From the NCBI GenBank assembly GCA_951406725.2, contig OX597815.1, positions 71,610,001-71,674,000 of the forward strand: a stretch of 64,000 nt of DNA, read 5' to 3'. This stretch comes from Octopus vulgaris. Lineage: Eukaryota. Positions 62,601-64,000 of the stretch are shown in pieces. Positions within the stretch are counted from its first letter, which is position 1, and each line of letters begins with the position of its first letter. The notes below the pieces were generated by a model. The model was given only the letters and a program-made list of their open reading frames with translations, made no database searches and was not told the origin of the DNA. The position numbers were made by a program, and so were the translations under genes.

Positions 62601-63214
62601 TGTGGGGTACATTCTTCACCTGGGAAGGTTTTGGCATTTATAAGCAGCCATCTCTCCCTTTGCCTTGTAAGGATGTAGTCAATTTGGCTGGTATGTTGGC
62701 CCGATTGGTAAGTGACTAGGTGGCTGGTAGGTTTCCTGAAGTTAGTGTTGCAAATCATAAGATTATTTGCATCGCAGAACTCCAGCAGCCTGGTTCCCTC
62801 CTCGTTGCGGGAGCCATAGCCGTAGCCTCCATGTACGCCATGGAAGCCCCCAGCATGTCGTCCAACGTGACCATTGAAGTCACCAGCCACAAAGATAAGG
62901 TCTCTGTCGTTCGTCAATGAGGTAGTCTGCAGTAGAGTGTCATAGAATCGGTCTTTCTGTCCATCGGGTAGCCCCGACTGAGGAGCATAGGCTGATATAA
63001 TGGTTGCTAAACTATGATGAAGCACTAATCTAATCTTAAGTATTCTGTCACTTACTCTGATTACCTCAATTACTTTATCTACCCATTTCTCAGCGATAAG
63101 TATACCCACGCCACCAACCCCGTCAGTATTCCCTGCCCAGAAAATCTTGTACCTGCGTTCCTTGCCTGTGAGGAACCTAGCTGATCCTCCTCTCCACCTT
63201 ATTTCTTGCATGCA
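59661..63214 (-). mobile_element. RTE-clade LINE, 5'-truncated, young
   Basis: Open APE-RT ORF, ~610-bp 3' UTR, terminal CCATGCTAGCATGG palindrome, (TGA)n tail. Confidence 0.95.
60272..63211 (-). CDS. RTE ORF2: AP endonuclease + reverse transcriptase + C4HC3 finger (N-terminus truncated)
   Basis: 979 codons without a stop; QE, GDFNGH, SQIDY and QHRLV (APE); DMEKAFD, QGSVLSPLLF, YADD and FRYLG (RT); RRLRWYGH and RGRPRKTW (RTE C-terminus). Confidence 0.93.
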   Translation of the reverse strand: MQEIRWRGGSARFLTGKERRYKIFWAGNTDGVGGVGILIAEKWVDKVIEVIRVSDRILKIRLVLHHSLATIISAYAPQSGLPDGQKDRFYDTLLQTTSLTNDRDLIFVAGDFNGHVGRHAGGFHGVHGGYGYGSRNEEGTRLLEFCDANNLMICNTNFRKPTSHLVTYQSGQHTSQIDYILTRQRERWLLINAKTFPGEECTPQHRLVVSDFRIRTRRTTRRRQIWRRRIWKLKDPANGQRFRDILLEASDEVEGDRASQGVEDSWTFLRDNLLRATDQICGWCKVPSRPRITWWWNNIVDRAIREKRQAWKVWKNGGSRELYQTAKREARRQVYLARGEADKKKFANVLRREDQRLEVFRVARQCVRENRDVVGEKCVRMEDGSLALNEDAKREVWRCHYERLLNEENEWDKESLPNVDPTEGPAIRVDSSVVAKAIRSMKTGKAPGPSGITAEMLKMSGSVGYSLVTHIVNQVIHKGVIPNDWCSSIIVNCYKGKGDALDTNNYRGIKLLDQVMKVTERVIAQLIRERVSLDEMQFGFVPGKSTTDAIFLVRQLQEKYLAKDKPLYLAFVDMEKAFDRVPRSLIWWAMRKLGIDEWLVRAVRAMYRDAASRVRVGNEYSEEFRVEVGVHQGSVLSPLLFIIVLQAITEEFKTGCPWELLYADDLALIAESLSELEEKFQVWKQGLESKGLRVNLAKTKVVISRKVDKSQTPSGRWPCSICRKGVGRNSIRCTKCKLWTHKRCSNVKGRLTRKMVFVCGRCSRTINTENALRPTSVTFQGEKLEIVDSFRYLGDQVSSGGGCAESVTARVRIAWAKFRELLPLLVTKGLSHRVKGRLYDACVRTAMLHGSETWAVTAEDMRKLARNEASMLRWMCNASTHTRQSVSTLREKLDLRSISCGVQERRLRWYGHVARMDEDSCVKKCHTLAVEGTCGRGRPRKTWDEVVKHDLRTLGLTEEMTRDRDLWKCAVREKTRQDK

Positions 63215-64000
63215 AAGCTATTACTTCTAGTAAAGAATAAGAAACTTTTTACTTAAAATATTGCAGCTATAATTAAAATTTGAATATTAAAACTTATTTT
63301 ATTATAGTTTACAAATAACACTAATTTAAGTAGAATTTGGTTAATTTACTATCTTGAATGCAGAAAAAAAGTGACTAATTAGACAAACTTACAAATTAGC
63401 TGAATAGTTTTGTACAATAAATTTAAAAGATGAAAAATGTAAAAAGTGATAAATTAGAAGAACTGGCATTCTTTGCTGCAATATTTTAAGTAAAAAGTTT
63501 CTTATTCTTTACTTTACCAGAAGTAATAGCTTGTCCTATACTTTTACAGGTGTAATAACTTGTCCTGTACTTTTCCAGGACAAGTTATTACACCTGTAAG
63601 AATATGACTTTTCATGCTTGCATTTTTCCATGTAATGTATATAGTGTGTGTGTGTGTGTGTGTGTGTAGCTGTAGAAACTCTGCCAGATCGGATTGGAGC
63701 CTGGTGCAGCCATCTGGTTTGCCAGTCCTCAGTCAAATCGTCCAACTTATGCTAGCATGGAAAGCAGATGTTAAACGATGATGATGATGATATATATATG
63801 TATTTATATGTGTATAAATATATATAGTGTGTGTATACCCATGTATGGACATCATAAGATGGTTGTAAACAAGTATCACCATCATACAAGTGGTGTTGCT
63901 TGTTTCCAGTCCTCTGTGAAACTCATGGGGAAATATTATTTTACTTGAAAACTGGTGAGGGTTGGCAACAGGGAGGGCATCTGGTTCCAGAAAATCTGCT

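Larger units (their letters stand above)
59582..63636. mobile_element. Foldback/MITE element split by the RTE insertion
   Basis: Left arm 59582-59660 plus 63215-63267 is the reverse complement of right arm 63475-63636. Confidence 0.75.

Overview
AT-rich, microsatellite-dense animal genomic DNA. The repeat families look like coleoid cephalopod (Octopus-like) sequence; this is an inference. I find no supportable host protein-coding exon, so the window is probably intergenic or intronic and made almost entirely of mobile DNA. Retroelements: a young 5'-truncated RTE LINE with a 979-codon open APE-RT ORF containing a C4HC3 finger (59661-63214), CR1-like and RTE fragments, a Penelope GIY-YIG fragment, a deleted Ty3/gypsy remnant, a non-coding short-LTR element and dozens of tRNA-type SINEs. 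DNA elements: a near-complete IR/DR Tc1 (15896-17475), two mariners, a non-autonomous Helitron, and piggyBac-, hAT- and Tigger-type MITEs. The most notable observations are: (1) a full-length structurally variant U6 snRNA fused to a complete SINE inside one 15-bp TSD; (2) hammerhead-ribozyme motifs at three loci, two with a U3 core; (3) SINE heads carrying 3' tails shared with LINEs present in the same window, one with a covarying terminal hairpin; (4) a short-LTR element with stacked primer-binding sites; (5) several nested insertion stacks. All coordinates were read by eye and may be off by a few bases at degenerate ends.
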